A stretch of 64,000 nt of DNA from NCBI GenBank assembly GCA_965224565.1, contig CBDCZN010000002.1, positions 2,230,417 through 2,294,416 of the forward strand. Direction: 5' to 3'. Source of the DNA: Methylococcales bacterium. GTDB lineage: Bacteria > Pseudomonadota > Gammaproteobacteria > Methylococcales > DRLZ01. Position numbers and translations under genes: made by a program. The notes under the pieces were generated by a model. The model saw only the letters and a list, made by a program, of their open reading frames with translations, had not been told where the DNA came from and did not search any database. Of this stretch, positions 30,349-39,786 are shown in pieces; the stretch's first letter is position 1; the number at the start of each line of letters is the position of its first letter.

Positions 30349-30552
30349 TTACTTATGTCTTTTATTTCTTAATGACATTGCGCTACGACTTATTTCCTCA
30401 ACACTCATTTCATTATCAAGTTGTTGATGCCATTTGGTATAGTCGAATGGTTCTCGTTGAATCAGTGCAATAAACCGTTCCATCTCAACATCACCTAGAT
30501 ATTCAGCCAGGATTTGCACTCCCTTTACCTTTATTTCTGTATCAGAAATCAT
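30349..30552 (-). CDS. Small acidic protein (67 aa) translationally coupled to the PIN gene; possible cognate antitoxin
   Basis: 4-bp ATGA overlap with the upstream PIN ORF; no recognisable family. Confidence 0.4.
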   Translation of the reverse strand: MISDTEIKVKGVQILAEYLGDVEMERFIALIQREPFDYTKWHQQLDNEMSVEEISRSAMSLRNKRHK

Positions 30553-30983
30553 ATTGATGCCTCTTTTACAAACCCAACTGGATCAGTGATTTGAATATTG
30601 TCGATTTCTCCAGCTTTCTTGAGTATGCCATCATCTGTGGTTAAAAAGAAATCAGCGTTCGCTTGGATGGCACACGCCAAGTGGAGTGCATCTAATTTTC
30701 TGATTCCATGCAACTGCATAATGGCTGCTATCTTTAGGATATGCTCGTCTTCTTCGATATCATCTTCGGAATAACTCTGCCATTTCAAAATTTGTTCTCT
30801 TCGTTCAAGAAATGGATTTTTACTATTTTCGTAATCCAGCATATATGACCAAACCAGCTTGTATACACCTGATCGAATGTTTTCTTGGATTTTTAATTTA
30901 GCCTCAGATTCCAGCAATATTCTGGGTTGAGACTGATCATCAAATGGCCTGTTGAAACAACAATTGTCTAGATAGATTTTCAT
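30549..30983 (-). CDS. PIN-domain protein (VapC-like putative ribonuclease toxin)
   Basis: 144 aa; conserved acidic residues at D6, E26?, D99, D117-D118 (..DALHLACAIQANADFFLTTDDGILKK). Confidence 0.6.
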   Translation of the reverse strand: MKIYLDNCCFNRPFDDQSQPRILLESEAKLKIQENIRSGVYKLVWSYMLDYENSKNPFLERREQILKWQSYSEDDIEEDEHILKIAAIMQLHGIRKLDALHLACAIQANADFFLTTDDGILKKAGEIDNIQITDPVGFVKEASI

Positions 30984-31066
30984 AAAAACCTGAAATTCAA
31001 ATACTCATCGCTACTTCTCACACCTTACCTAACATACCTACCATTTCGCATATGAATATTGATGGA

Positions 31067-32935
31067 TTACGAATCATCTTTCCCATCAGACTTATCCAAC
31101 ACCTTCTCCAACAACTCAGCCACAACATTACTCTTAGTAGACACCCCATCAATCGCTTTACCCAGCGATAATGACTTGGCAAAGGTATCGAAGAAATGCT
31201 CTTCTCCACCAACAATATCAATTTTGGCTTCTTTCAATGCGGTTGCTAAGACTTCGGCATTTTCACGCGCGATTTCTTTTCCGGCTTCGAGTGATGCGAT
31301 GGCTTCTTTAAATGCTGTTTCCAGGCTCATGCGGAATTCTTCGTGGTCTCTGGCCTGGTCACTCATGGTTCCCATTGCTGAGAATTTCTCTACCAGTCCA
31401 TCTGCTTCTGCTTTGAATTGTTCGCGGGTGACTTCTGCTGTGACCATGCCCACTTCTTTTTGGGCTTTGGCTTGTGCTTCGCCTTTGGCGGCAATGATTC
31501 TGGCTTCTGCCAGTCCTTCTTTTTCCAGCGAATCGGCTTTGGCTTCTTGAATTTTCGCTTCTGCTAATCCAGGTGCGGCTTGTTCTGCCTGGGTGCCTTC
31601 TGCGAGTTTTTTCTTGGCATCGGCTTCGCGTGCAGCTGCATCCAGATCGGCTTGGGCGATGGTAGTTATTTCTGTTGCCTTGTGATGTGCTGCTTGTTCG
31701 TCTGCTTCTGCGGCTTTGACGTGTTTGATTTTCTGTTCTTCAGCTTCGGCTTCGGCAGCTAAGACTTGTACTTGCTTGAGTCGGTCTGCTTCTGAGACTT
31801 CTCGTACTTCGTTGATTTTCTCTTCTTCGATGGCGACGGCTTTATCAACCACGACACGTTCCTGAATAACGCGGGCGATTTCTTTTTTCTCGACTTCGAT
31901 GGCTTTATCAGCTTCTATGGTTTGCAGGTCTACTTCGCGTTTGCGTGCCACAATTTCCAGGTCTCTGGCACGAACGACTTTTTCTTCTTCAATGGCAACT
32001 GCACGTTGACGATTTTGTTCTGCCACTTCGACTTCACGTTTCTGGTTTTCGGTTTGAACAGCCAGATCCTGCTCAACCTGGATTGTGGTTGAATCTGCTT
32101 TTTTGCGTTCTTCTTCCTGAATTTTTTTGGTTTCAGCTTCTTCACGCGCTTGAATCGACAGCACTTCACGCTGTTGCTTGGCTTCGGCATCGGCTTGTTG
32201 ACGCTTTAACTCAAGCATGGCCTCAACTGTTTCTACATTTTTTTTCTTGATCGCCAATTCTTCATCGCGCTCAAAGTTATTGGTGCTGACATTTTGAATG
32301 GCTGTTAATTCTGTGATTTTCCTGATGCCTTCTGCATCGAGAATATTGGTTGGATCCAGTGATGCTTTCGGGGTTTGTTCCAGATAATCAATGGCGACAT
32401 CTTCCAGTACATAACCATTTAGATCATCACCAATCACTTCAATGATTTTTTCGCGAAATTCCTGTCTGTTTTCAAACAACTGGATAAACTGGAATTTTTT
32501 ACCAACCGTTTTCAAAGCTTCGGAAAACTTGGCTGAAAACAATTGATCCACAGCATCACGATCTGAGGCGCGATCAGCTCCAATCGATTTTGCGACTTTC
32601 AACACATCCTCTGTTGTTTCATTGACGCGTAAATAAAACGCAACACTGATATCTGCGCGCATATTGTCCTCGCAAATCAGGCCATCTTTCCCACGTCGAT
32701 CCACTTCCAGCGTGATCAGCGAGATACGCATGAATTCTTTTTTGTAGATGATCGGGTAAACCAGAGCACCGGTAAAATGCACTTTTGGTTTAGAGCTCAT
32801 ATCATTCACAATCAGTGCAGTACCCTGCTCTACTTTGATATAGAACGCTTTGAATAAAACGGCAATGCCCATTAGCACTACAAAAAAGATGCCTATGCCG
32901 GTAATAATCGGCATTAATACGGATAAGTCAGCCAT
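31067..32935 (-). CDS. yqiK: Flotillin family (SPFH/band-7) protein, YqiK-like
   Basis: N-terminal TM helix, an SPFH domain, then a long Glu/Ala/Lys-rich coiled coil (EA-repeat) typical of bacterial flotillins. Confidence 0.85.
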   Translation of the reverse strand: MADLSVLMPIITGIGIFFVVLMGIAVLFKAFYIKVEQGTALIVNDMSSKPKVHFTGALVYPIIYKKEFMRISLITLEVDRRGKDGLICEDNMRADISVAFYLRVNETTEDVLKVAKSIGADRASDRDAVDQLFSAKFSEALKTVGKKFQFIQLFENRQEFREKIIEVIGDDLNGYVLEDVAIDYLEQTPKASLDPTNILDAEGIRKITELTAIQNVSTNNFERDEELAIKKKNVETVEAMLELKRQQADAEAKQQREVLSIQAREEAETKKIQEEERKKADSTTIQVEQDLAVQTENQKREVEVAEQNRQRAVAIEEEKVVRARDLEIVARKREVDLQTIEADKAIEVEKKEIARVIQERVVVDKAVAIEEEKINEVREVSEADRLKQVQVLAAEAEAEEQKIKHVKAAEADEQAAHHKATEITTIAQADLDAAAREADAKKKLAEGTQAEQAAPGLAEAKIQEAKADSLEKEGLAEARIIAAKGEAQAKAQKEVGMVTAEVTREQFKAEADGLVEKFSAMGTMSDQARDHEEFRMSLETAFKEAIASLEAGKEIARENAEVLATALKEAKIDIVGGEEHFFDTFAKSLSLGKAIDGVSTKSNVVAELLEKVLDKSDGKDDS

Positions 32936-32947
32936 GGCTGTTGCTCC

Positions 32948-33046
32948 AGTGTGTAATCAATTAAGAACTGTAGGGTGCGTTTTACGCACCAATCAGCGTT
33001 GTTTTGTCCCAATGGTGCGTAGAACACACCCTACAGAGTCATTAGT
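32948..33046. repeat. Palindromic intergenic element (type 2): ctgtagggtgcgttttacgcacc ... ggtgcgtagaacacaccctacag
   Basis: Two 23-bp inverted arms separated by ~50 bp; related to the element at 18107-18237. Confidence 0.55.
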
Positions 33047-33082
33047 AGAATTAAGGTTAAATTAAATATAGTTGCTTTTGGA

Positions 33083-33775
33083 TTAAGCATTGAATTCTTG
33101 TTCTGAAATAACTCTGTAAACGTTAGTCGCTTCCAGGTATTCCAGTAACACGACCTTATCGCCTTTAGCAAAAACCTGGTCATTGCTGGTTCTTACCTTT
33201 AAGATTAAACCAGCTCCACCATCGTTGAGAATGGCTTCACCAAAGGATTCTGTGACTTTTGAAGTTCGTACTACGGCAGTTTGGCCAAGTACACGCTTAA
33301 TGGTTTGTTGCTCTACTTTCTGGAACAGCGGTCTAAGTAATTTAATGATAATGGCAGTCATTAATACGGCTATCCAGAATGCACCAATCAATATCAACAA
33401 TCCGAAAAGGAAACGAAACATGCCTGATGGAATAAGAGTAGAGAGAAAATGTACACCGTAATAACTGACTAACCAGCCAAACAACGACAAGAATGAAATA
33501 ATAATGGTGACAGGGACACCATGTAATCCAAATTTAAGCATCACACCTGCCAGTGCGTTAGCAGTACTTGCTTCGCTGCCAGTGCCTAAATCTGCATCAG
33601 CACCATCGATATCTAAACCATCAATGTCCAACACGTCGATATCAACAACTCCGAGAACGGCAAACAACCAATACAGGACACAGACTGCCAGTACAAAGGT
33701 AAATACAGCCGTTGGGAAGGAGGCGATATTCTGATAAAAAGGATCCATGCCTTTGCTGAGTAGAATGGCAAACAT
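33083..33775 (-). CDS. yqiJ: NfeD-like membrane protein (YqiJ-like) partner of flotillin
   Basis: Multi-pass hydrophobic N-terminal part and a C-terminal OB-fold-like soluble domain; located directly upstream of the flotillin gene, as in E. coli yqiJK. Confidence 0.7.
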   Translation of the reverse strand: MFAILLSKGMDPFYQNIASFPTAVFTFVLAVCVLYWLFAVLGVVDIDVLDIDGLDIDGADADLGTGSEASTANALAGVMLKFGLHGVPVTIIISFLSLFGWLVSYYGVHFLSTLIPSGMFRFLFGLLILIGAFWIAVLMTAIIIKLLRPLFQKVEQQTIKRVLGQTAVVRTSKVTESFGEAILNDGGAGLILKVRTSNDQVFAKGDKVVLLEYLEATNVYRVISEQEFNA

Positions 33776-33933
33776 TGTGTGTTCTCCGGTAATGTAATTA
33801 ATCGCTGCTATTTGATATGCAATAACAGAGCACGATTATTAGTTTCTGTCGTTTCCCTTCTTTCCTTTTTGGCAAATTTTCAAATGATCATGTCCAAGTA
33901 CCACCAATACATGCGTTATTGATATAAGCCTAA

Positions 33934-34650
33934 TTACCCATCCTTATCGATACCTAACTGTGGCGTTATCTTACTTTTAATGCGAGCTAATACAGCATCA
34001 CTGCGTTGTCCATTGGGAATAATCCCCGCTTCTTCAAGTCGACTATGCAACGAGCTTTCCGAGGTATCATCGGCCAATTCCTGTGCAGCAGTAAATTGTG
34101 CTGCTTTTAACTCTTGTTTTTCCTTGATACGCTCTAACGAATCCATCGCTGTTCTTAACTTTGAATCAGAACCACTATGGCGTTGCGCAACCGCAGCCTG
34201 AGCACGTTGTACATTTTCAGTAGCTCGTACTGTATCCACCTGATGTTTCAGACGTTTGATGTTACTTTCAGCCTGTTTAATTGAATTGCGTAATTTGCCA
34301 GCACTAGCGGCATAACCTTCCTGCGCTTCCTGCTCTGTTTTGTGCTGATTTTCCAGATCTGCAATTTTTTCAGCCAGCTCCTGAGCAAGTACTTCATCGT
34401 TACTTTGTAAAGCCTGAACGGTATAGTCTTCGTATTCAGCAATCTTATTGTTAAGCGTAGTACATTTTTGCTCAGCAACTTTTTGTCTCGCCATTAGCTC
34501 TGCCAGGCTGTCCTTGGAGTTTTTTAACTCCTCAGCAGAATCACGTACTTCCTGATCGAGAATACGCAAGGCCTGTGTGTCAATAATCGACTCACCAAAT
34601 TCATTAGCACCACCGCGTAACGCTGTCATTAGTTTTGACCATACATTCAT
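33934..34650 (-). CDS. PspA/IM30 family protein (YjfJ-like)
   Basis: The N-terminus TQALRILDQEVRDSAEEL matches the conserved PspA/YjfJ helix; coiled coil throughout. Confidence 0.8.
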   Translation of the reverse strand: MNVWSKLMTALRGGANEFGESIIDTQALRILDQEVRDSAEELKNSKDSLAELMARQKVAEQKCTTLNNKIAEYEDYTVQALQSNDEVLAQELAEKIADLENQHKTEQEAQEGYAASAGKLRNSIKQAESNIKRLKHQVDTVRATENVQRAQAAVAQRHSGSDSKLRTAMDSLERIKEKQELKAAQFTAAQELADDTSESSLHSRLEEAGIIPNGQRSDAVLARIKSKITPQLGIDKDG

Positions 34651-34651
34651 T

Positions 34652-35287
34652 TTATCTCTCCTGTTTCTTATTGGTTGTTGTCAGATAGTCGCTATACGCT
34701 TCTGTCACTTTAATTACGTTACTGGCTAACACTTCGATTTCAAACACAATATTTGACAAATTTGACGCTGAGCTAAGCGCACCAAACATGTGGTAATAGT
34801 CAACACCATCGCCCCGCTTATCCAGGCTGATGGTTGAAAGTGGAAAATACTTGTGAGTGCGTAAAATTGCTTCATTGAATTCAGCCAGATTTTTTACATC
34901 TGAGGTTGACCACAATACGGCCTCCACAATAATTTGCTCGCCATACACCGATAAAAATATCGGCAAATCGCCATACTCATGCATAACGATATGTAAAACT
35001 GGATCAATGCCGTCAATCAACTCAATCGTTGCCTGTTGACTGCTGAATAATGCAGCTTCCTGCAACTGGACAAACAAGGTTCTGGTTATCCAGAGAGTGC
35101 TTGAATCTGTCATTGTATTGATGAGTTCTGCATCAACAGTCGAGTCAACTTCACGCAAAGCCTGCTCAATTGTATTGAGTTTTAAAGCATGCTCCGGTTG
35201 AATCCATATTTCCTTTTTGACCAAGCCCTGTTCGCGTAAACGTTGTCTGAATTCACGCTGGTAATGTGCTGATGTTTTTTTATTCAT
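34652..35287 (-). CDS. YjfI-like (DUF2170) protein, co-operonic with the PspA homologue
   Basis: Stop and start are 1 bp apart from the PspA-like gene, the same order as E. coli yjfI-yjfJ. Carries the C-terminal ...MFGALSSASNLSNIVFEIEVLA motif. Confidence 0.45.
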   Translation of the reverse strand: MNKKTSAHYQREFRQRLREQGLVKKEIWIQPEHALKLNTIEQALREVDSTVDAELINTMTDSSTLWITRTLFVQLQEAALFSSQQATIELIDGIDPVLHIVMHEYGDLPIFLSVYGEQIIVEAVLWSTSDVKNLAEFNEAILRTHKYFPLSTISLDKRGDGVDYYHMFGALSSASNLSNIVFEIEVLASNVIKVTEAYSDYLTTTNKKQER

Positions 35288-35492
35288 GTACCTACTGTAC
35301 GCTCTTACATGTGATCTGTAAATATATTACATGTGATGTAATTCACAAATACAAATATTACATGTAATATTTTGAATGACGCGTTATGATCGATAGCTTT
35401 TTACTAACAAGCTAGAACTTATTCTAAAGGCGTATAATTTATACTCCTGATTATTGAAATCTGATTTCACCTGAGAAATACCGGACAAAACG

Positions 35493-36692
35493 ATGTTAAC
35501 GCTTGATGATGATTCACACCCAATACCATTTTCCTTATTCAACCTTGGGTTTCGCCCATTCTTCCTTTTAGCAGGGTTATTTGCTGTCGTTTCCATGCTG
35601 ATCTGGATGGCTTTATATTTGCTGAATGCCGATTTACTGCCGGCTAAATTGCCTTCAAACCTGTGGCATGCACATGAAATGGTGTTTGGTTTCAGTATGG
35701 CGGTTATCAGTGGATTTTTACTCACAGCGGTTGGAAATTGGACCAACACACAAACCTTACACGGAAACGGTTTATTGATCCTGAGTTTGCTCTGGTTAAT
35801 CGCACGCCTGCTACCGTTTTCCAACCTGGATTCAGCGCTGTTATTAATGACATGTATTGACTTGCTGTTTATGACAGGATTATTGATAGCCATCCTCATC
35901 CCCATAATCAAAACACAGCAATGGAAACAGCTTCCTGTCATTCTGAAGGTCGCTTTAATGACAGGAAGCAATCTGCTTTTCTACCTGGGATTGCTGGAGA
36001 TTCTACCCGCAGATGCTATCTATTGGGGCTTGTATAGCGGATTCTATTTTGTTATCGCACTAATCATGTTGTTGGGTAGACGGGTTATACCGTTCTTTAT
36101 TGAAAAAGGTATCAATGAACAAGCGGCCATCCACAACTGGAAATGGCTGGATATTAGTAGCTTTTTTGCCTTTTTTATATTTGTAATTGCTGATGTATTT
36201 CTAAAACAGGCGATGTTGGCGAGTGCTCTTGCGGCAATACTTTTCGTGCTGCACTCTATGCGGCTTTGGGGCTGGCATGCAAAAGGTATCTGGCAAAAAC
36301 CGCTACTCTGGGTACTATATATTGGTTACAGTTTTATAGTGTTAGGTTTTGGCTTAAAAGCCATCACTCACTGGCTCGGATTATCACCCTGGCTATCCAT
36401 ACATGCTTATGCTTCTGGCGGAATCGGCATCATCACAGCAGGAATGATGTGTAGAGTCACTCTGGGACACACAGGAAGAAATGTCTATGAACCACCAGCA
36501 ATTTTAACCACTGTTTTTAGCTTATTGATTGCAGGAGCCGTTATTCGAGTGATTTTACCCCTTGTTTTTCCCGGCTATTACTTATGGTTGATTGCCGCAG
36601 CACAAATCTGCTGGATAAGCAGCTTTGCATTATTTGTTTTTACTTATGCACCGATGTTGATCAAACCCCGAGTTGACAGCCGGTTCGGGTAA
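35493..36692 (+). CDS. nnrS: NnrS family heme-copper membrane protein
   Basis: 12-TM profile with conserved His residues (WHAHEM.., ..LGHTGR); the N-terminus FRPFFLLAGLFAVVSMLIW is typical of NnrS. Confidence 0.75.
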   Translation: MLTLDDDSHPIPFSLFNLGFRPFFLLAGLFAVVSMLIWMALYLLNADLLPAKLPSNLWHAHEMVFGFSMAVISGFLLTAVGNWTNTQTLHGNGLLILSLLWLIARLLPFSNLDSALLLMTCIDLLFMTGLLIAILIPIIKTQQWKQLPVILKVALMTGSNLLFYLGLLEILPADAIYWGLYSGFYFVIALIMLLGRRVIPFFIEKGINEQAAIHNWKWLDISSFFAFFIFVIADVFLKQAMLASALAAILFVLHSMRLWGWHAKGIWQKPLLWVLYIGYSFIVLGFGLKAITHWLGLSPWLSIHAYASGGIGIITAGMMCRVTLGHTGRNVYEPPAILTTVFSLLIAGAVIRVILPLVFPGYYLWLIAAAQICWISSFALFVFTYAPMLIKPRVDSRFG

Positions 36693-36773
36693 ACCAAGTG
36701 CAAAATACAGTTGTTGTTTGATTGAGAATTATCTTCCTTTGACTGAGGATTGTATTGAATCCTCAGTCCCTAC

Positions 36774-37991
36774 CAGGGCCACCGCATTAAAAAGCATTTG
36801 AAAACATGATTTTGGCGCGATAAGCATCGTTCCAAGCGGCTTTTCTCTTTTTCTTTGCAAGGCTGAGAGAAGAAGCTTCCTGTTGAAACAAATTCAGGCA
36901 GAGATGACGAATACTCGTCATGATCGTAGCAGCATTTCCTTTGATTCGGCTCGCGTCGTCACCAAAGATGACATCCAGTCGCCAATGAAGCGGATTTTCA
37001 ACGCCCCAGTGCCCACGTACAGCATTTGCGAAGGGCTTGGCAACCGCAGGAATCGAGTTGATGAAGTAACGACGCTCGAGAGATTTAGTCTTCCCTTGAA
37101 GGCATTCGCGCTCGACCATGCCAATGCTTTTTAATCCCTTCCATTGGTGGGTATTAGGAAGACTCAGCAAATCATCACTCACCCAGTATCGTCGTGTCTC
37201 CAACCTGCCATGCGCCTTATCGAGTTCTTCCTCATAGTCGTAATTGATACCTCTGAAGTGGTTGGCTTGCGCGGTGACAAAGAAATCTTCAACCGCTTCA
37301 TGAAGCTTGCTCTGATTACCTTTCAATCCCAGTACATAATCCCCATTTTGTTCAATCACTTGTTTAGCAATCGCTCGTTGACAACCCATCGCATCAATCG
37401 TGATGATACAGCCCTTGAGTTCGAGCAATTTAAGTAGTTTCGGAATGGCTGTAATCTCATTAGATTTATCATCCGTTGCTTGTTGACCCAAAACCATGCG
37501 GTTGCTGCACGCCCATGCACTCACCATATGCAGTGGATTTCGGTCGTTCTTGCGGTCACGTGAACCGCGAGCTGTTTTGCCATCGATGGCAATGACTTCT
37601 CCACCTGTTACGGTCAATACCGATTGTGTCCAACTCATAAAACACTCGCGAAAACCGGTAGGTGATAGTCTTGAGAGAACATAGGCTATACAGTCGTGCG
37701 ACGGGACTCCGTTCTCAAGTGCAATATATTGACGGAGCCAACTTAATTTTTCTTGACCAAAGTCTTCTATCGCTTCCCATCCATCTGCGCCGCTGGCAAC
37801 CGCAGATAGAGTAAGGACAATGATGTCTATTAACTTATGTTGCTTGTGGCGTTCTATCCTCGGGTCTTTTAGGGTGGAAAAATGATCTATTATGCTGGCT
37901 GTCATGAGAAATCCTTATGTAAGTTCTCATAATGATCTCCTAATCAATTGCATTCAATCAAGTTTTAATGCGGTGACCCTGCAGTCCCTAC
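36774..37991 (-). mobile_element. ISAs1 family insertion sequence (1218 bp), IRs cagggccaccgcattaaaa, 10-bp TSD cagtccctac
   Basis: IRL 36774-36792 and IRR 37973-37991; direct repeats 36764-36773 and 37992-38001. Confidence 0.85.
36787..37905 (-). CDS. ISAs1 family transposase (372 aa)
   Basis: The N-terminus MTASIIDHFSTLKDPRIERHKQHKL is diagnostic of ISAs1/H-repeat transposases. Confidence 0.85.
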   Translation of the reverse strand: MTASIIDHFSTLKDPRIERHKQHKLIDIIVLTLSAVASGADGWEAIEDFGQEKLSWLRQYIALENGVPSHDCIAYVLSRLSPTGFRECFMSWTQSVLTVTGGEVIAIDGKTARGSRDRKNDRNPLHMVSAWACSNRMVLGQQATDDKSNEITAIPKLLKLLELKGCIITIDAMGCQRAIAKQVIEQNGDYVLGLKGNQSKLHEAVEDFFVTAQANHFRGINYDYEEELDKAHGRLETRRYWVSDDLLSLPNTHQWKGLKSIGMVERECLQGKTKSLERRYFINSIPAVAKPFANAVRGHWGVENPLHWRLDVIFGDDASRIKGNAATIMTSIRHLCLNLFQQEASSLSLAKKKRKAAWNDAYRAKIMFSNAF

Positions 37992-38758
37992 CAGTGTTGC
38001 TCTGTTTTTATGACTATTGATTTATACTGATGGCTTAAATTCAGGTCATATCAATTCCAATATATTTTTATATTCTAAATAGCGGACTGTTTTAAAGGAG
38101 GAATGTCGTAAAGCATCCCCTTATCTCAATTTTGAGTTAATCCTCAAGTTCAACTACTTTAAAAACTGTCATCATACCTGCATTCAGATGATCATTTACA
38201 TGGCAATGATACATCCAGGTACCAGTGTTATCAGGTCTCATTTTATATACTTTTGATGCTGCTGGTAAAACTTCAGCTACATCAAGACGGTTGCCGTTAT
38301 GAAGAAGCGTACTGCCATGCCAGTGTGGTGTATGCAAATCAACTTCAGTACCCATGCCAATAATATACCAGCGAGACTTTTTACCCTTCTGCATGATATA
38401 TCCAGTATTATTGCCCCATACTCGACCATTAATGCCGTGCATTAGATTGCTTTCCTCAAAATCTTCTTCAGAAAGCCCGCAGGTATCGCTCCCGTCGCAC
38501 TGTGGTTTTGCAATATTTTTATCAACAAGCGTACTGGCATTTTCATCAAGCACGGTATAAAGGGATACAAATTCATGGTCAGCATTCTTCGGTGATCCAT
38601 CAGGTTTAGCCTGACCGCTTCTGGTAATAATAATCGCTCCAATTAATCCTGCATTGGTATCGCCTGTTTCATTTGCGTGACCATGGTATACCCAGCCAAT
38701 TGAGCTTGGATCATTTGGACCGGGTCCAGATCGTTTTGGTACTGGCCATATATATGTA

Positions 38759-39786
38759 CCTGATTACCCATAAGCTTCCGCAACTTTACTCGGAATTTTC
38801 ACTCTAATGGATATGTAATCACGGAGTCAAAGCCATGAGCAAAAATAAAGTGCAGTTCCAGGCAGGCTATAGCTTAATACAGCTATTTCAAGACTACGGA
38901 ACAGAAAGCCAATGCCGCGAAGCTTTATTCAAATTACGCTGGCCGACAGGGTTTAATTGCCCTGAGTGTGGTGGTTATCAGTATTGCTTTTTAAAAGCAA
39001 GAAAGCTCTATCAGTGTAATCAATGCCATCATCAAACGTCATTGATAAGCAGAACCATTTTTGAGCAAACCAAACTTCCTCTAACGAAGTGGTTTTTAGC
39101 CATCTACTTAATCACACAATCAAAACAGGTCTGTCAGCGTTGGCGCTTAAACGTGAAATCGGTGTGTCTTACAAGACAGCATGGAGTATGAAACACAAGA
39201 TCATGCAGGTCATGAAGGAACGAGATGATTGCAAGCGACTCAGTGGAACAATCCAGTTAGATGACGTCTATTGGGGTGGCGAACGCCACGGTGGAAAAAG
39301 AGGCAGAGGCTCAGCCAATAAGGTCCCGTTTGTTGCCGCTGTTTCACTCGATAAAGAAGGTCACCCGATTGCAATGAATATGAATGTCGTTAAAGGGTTT
39401 CGGCAGACAGAAATATCACGCTGGGCAAAACAGCATCTACAGCCTGATAGCACGGTTATTTCGGATGGATTGCCTTGTTTTTCAGCAGTGACTGATGCTG
39501 ATTGTCATCACATCAGCATTGTAACAGGCGGTGGATACCAAAGTGTCACAAAAAAAGAATTTGCTTGGGTGAATACCATGATAGGCAATGTTAAAAATGC
39601 CATCACTGGCACTTACCATGCAATCAACCCAAAGCATTTGCCACGCTATCTTGCTGAATTCTGCTATCGCCATAACAGACGGTTCCAGCTAGAAGATATG
39701 ATCCCTCGTTTTGCCTATGTTGCAGTCAGGACGACTCCTATGCCAGACAGACTTTTAAAATTGGCGGAAGCTTATGGGTAATCAGG
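38759..39786 (+). mobile_element. IS1595 family insertion sequence copy 1 (1028 bp), 23-bp IRs cctgattacccataagcttccgc, 8-bp TSD tatatgta
   Basis: Perfect IRs; direct repeats at 38751-38758 and 39787-39794. The transposase is split into ORFs 38835..39191 and 39089..39781 by a -1 shift at an A4 run. Confidence 0.85.
38835..39781 (+). CDS. IS1595 family transposase (zinc-finger CPECGG + DDE), frameshifted at caatcaaaacagg
   Basis: ORF1 ends ..LPLTKWFLAIYLITQSK and ORF2 continues ..GLSALALKREIGVSYKTAW. One extra A would give a single ~330-aa protein. Confidence 0.75.

Noticed and set aside
33860-33890. sigma-54-like TGGCA..TTGCA promoter upstream of the pspA-like operon
   Set aside because: ttggcaaattttcaaatg is on the wrong strand for the minus-strand genes and lacks the -12 GC element, so it is not supportable.
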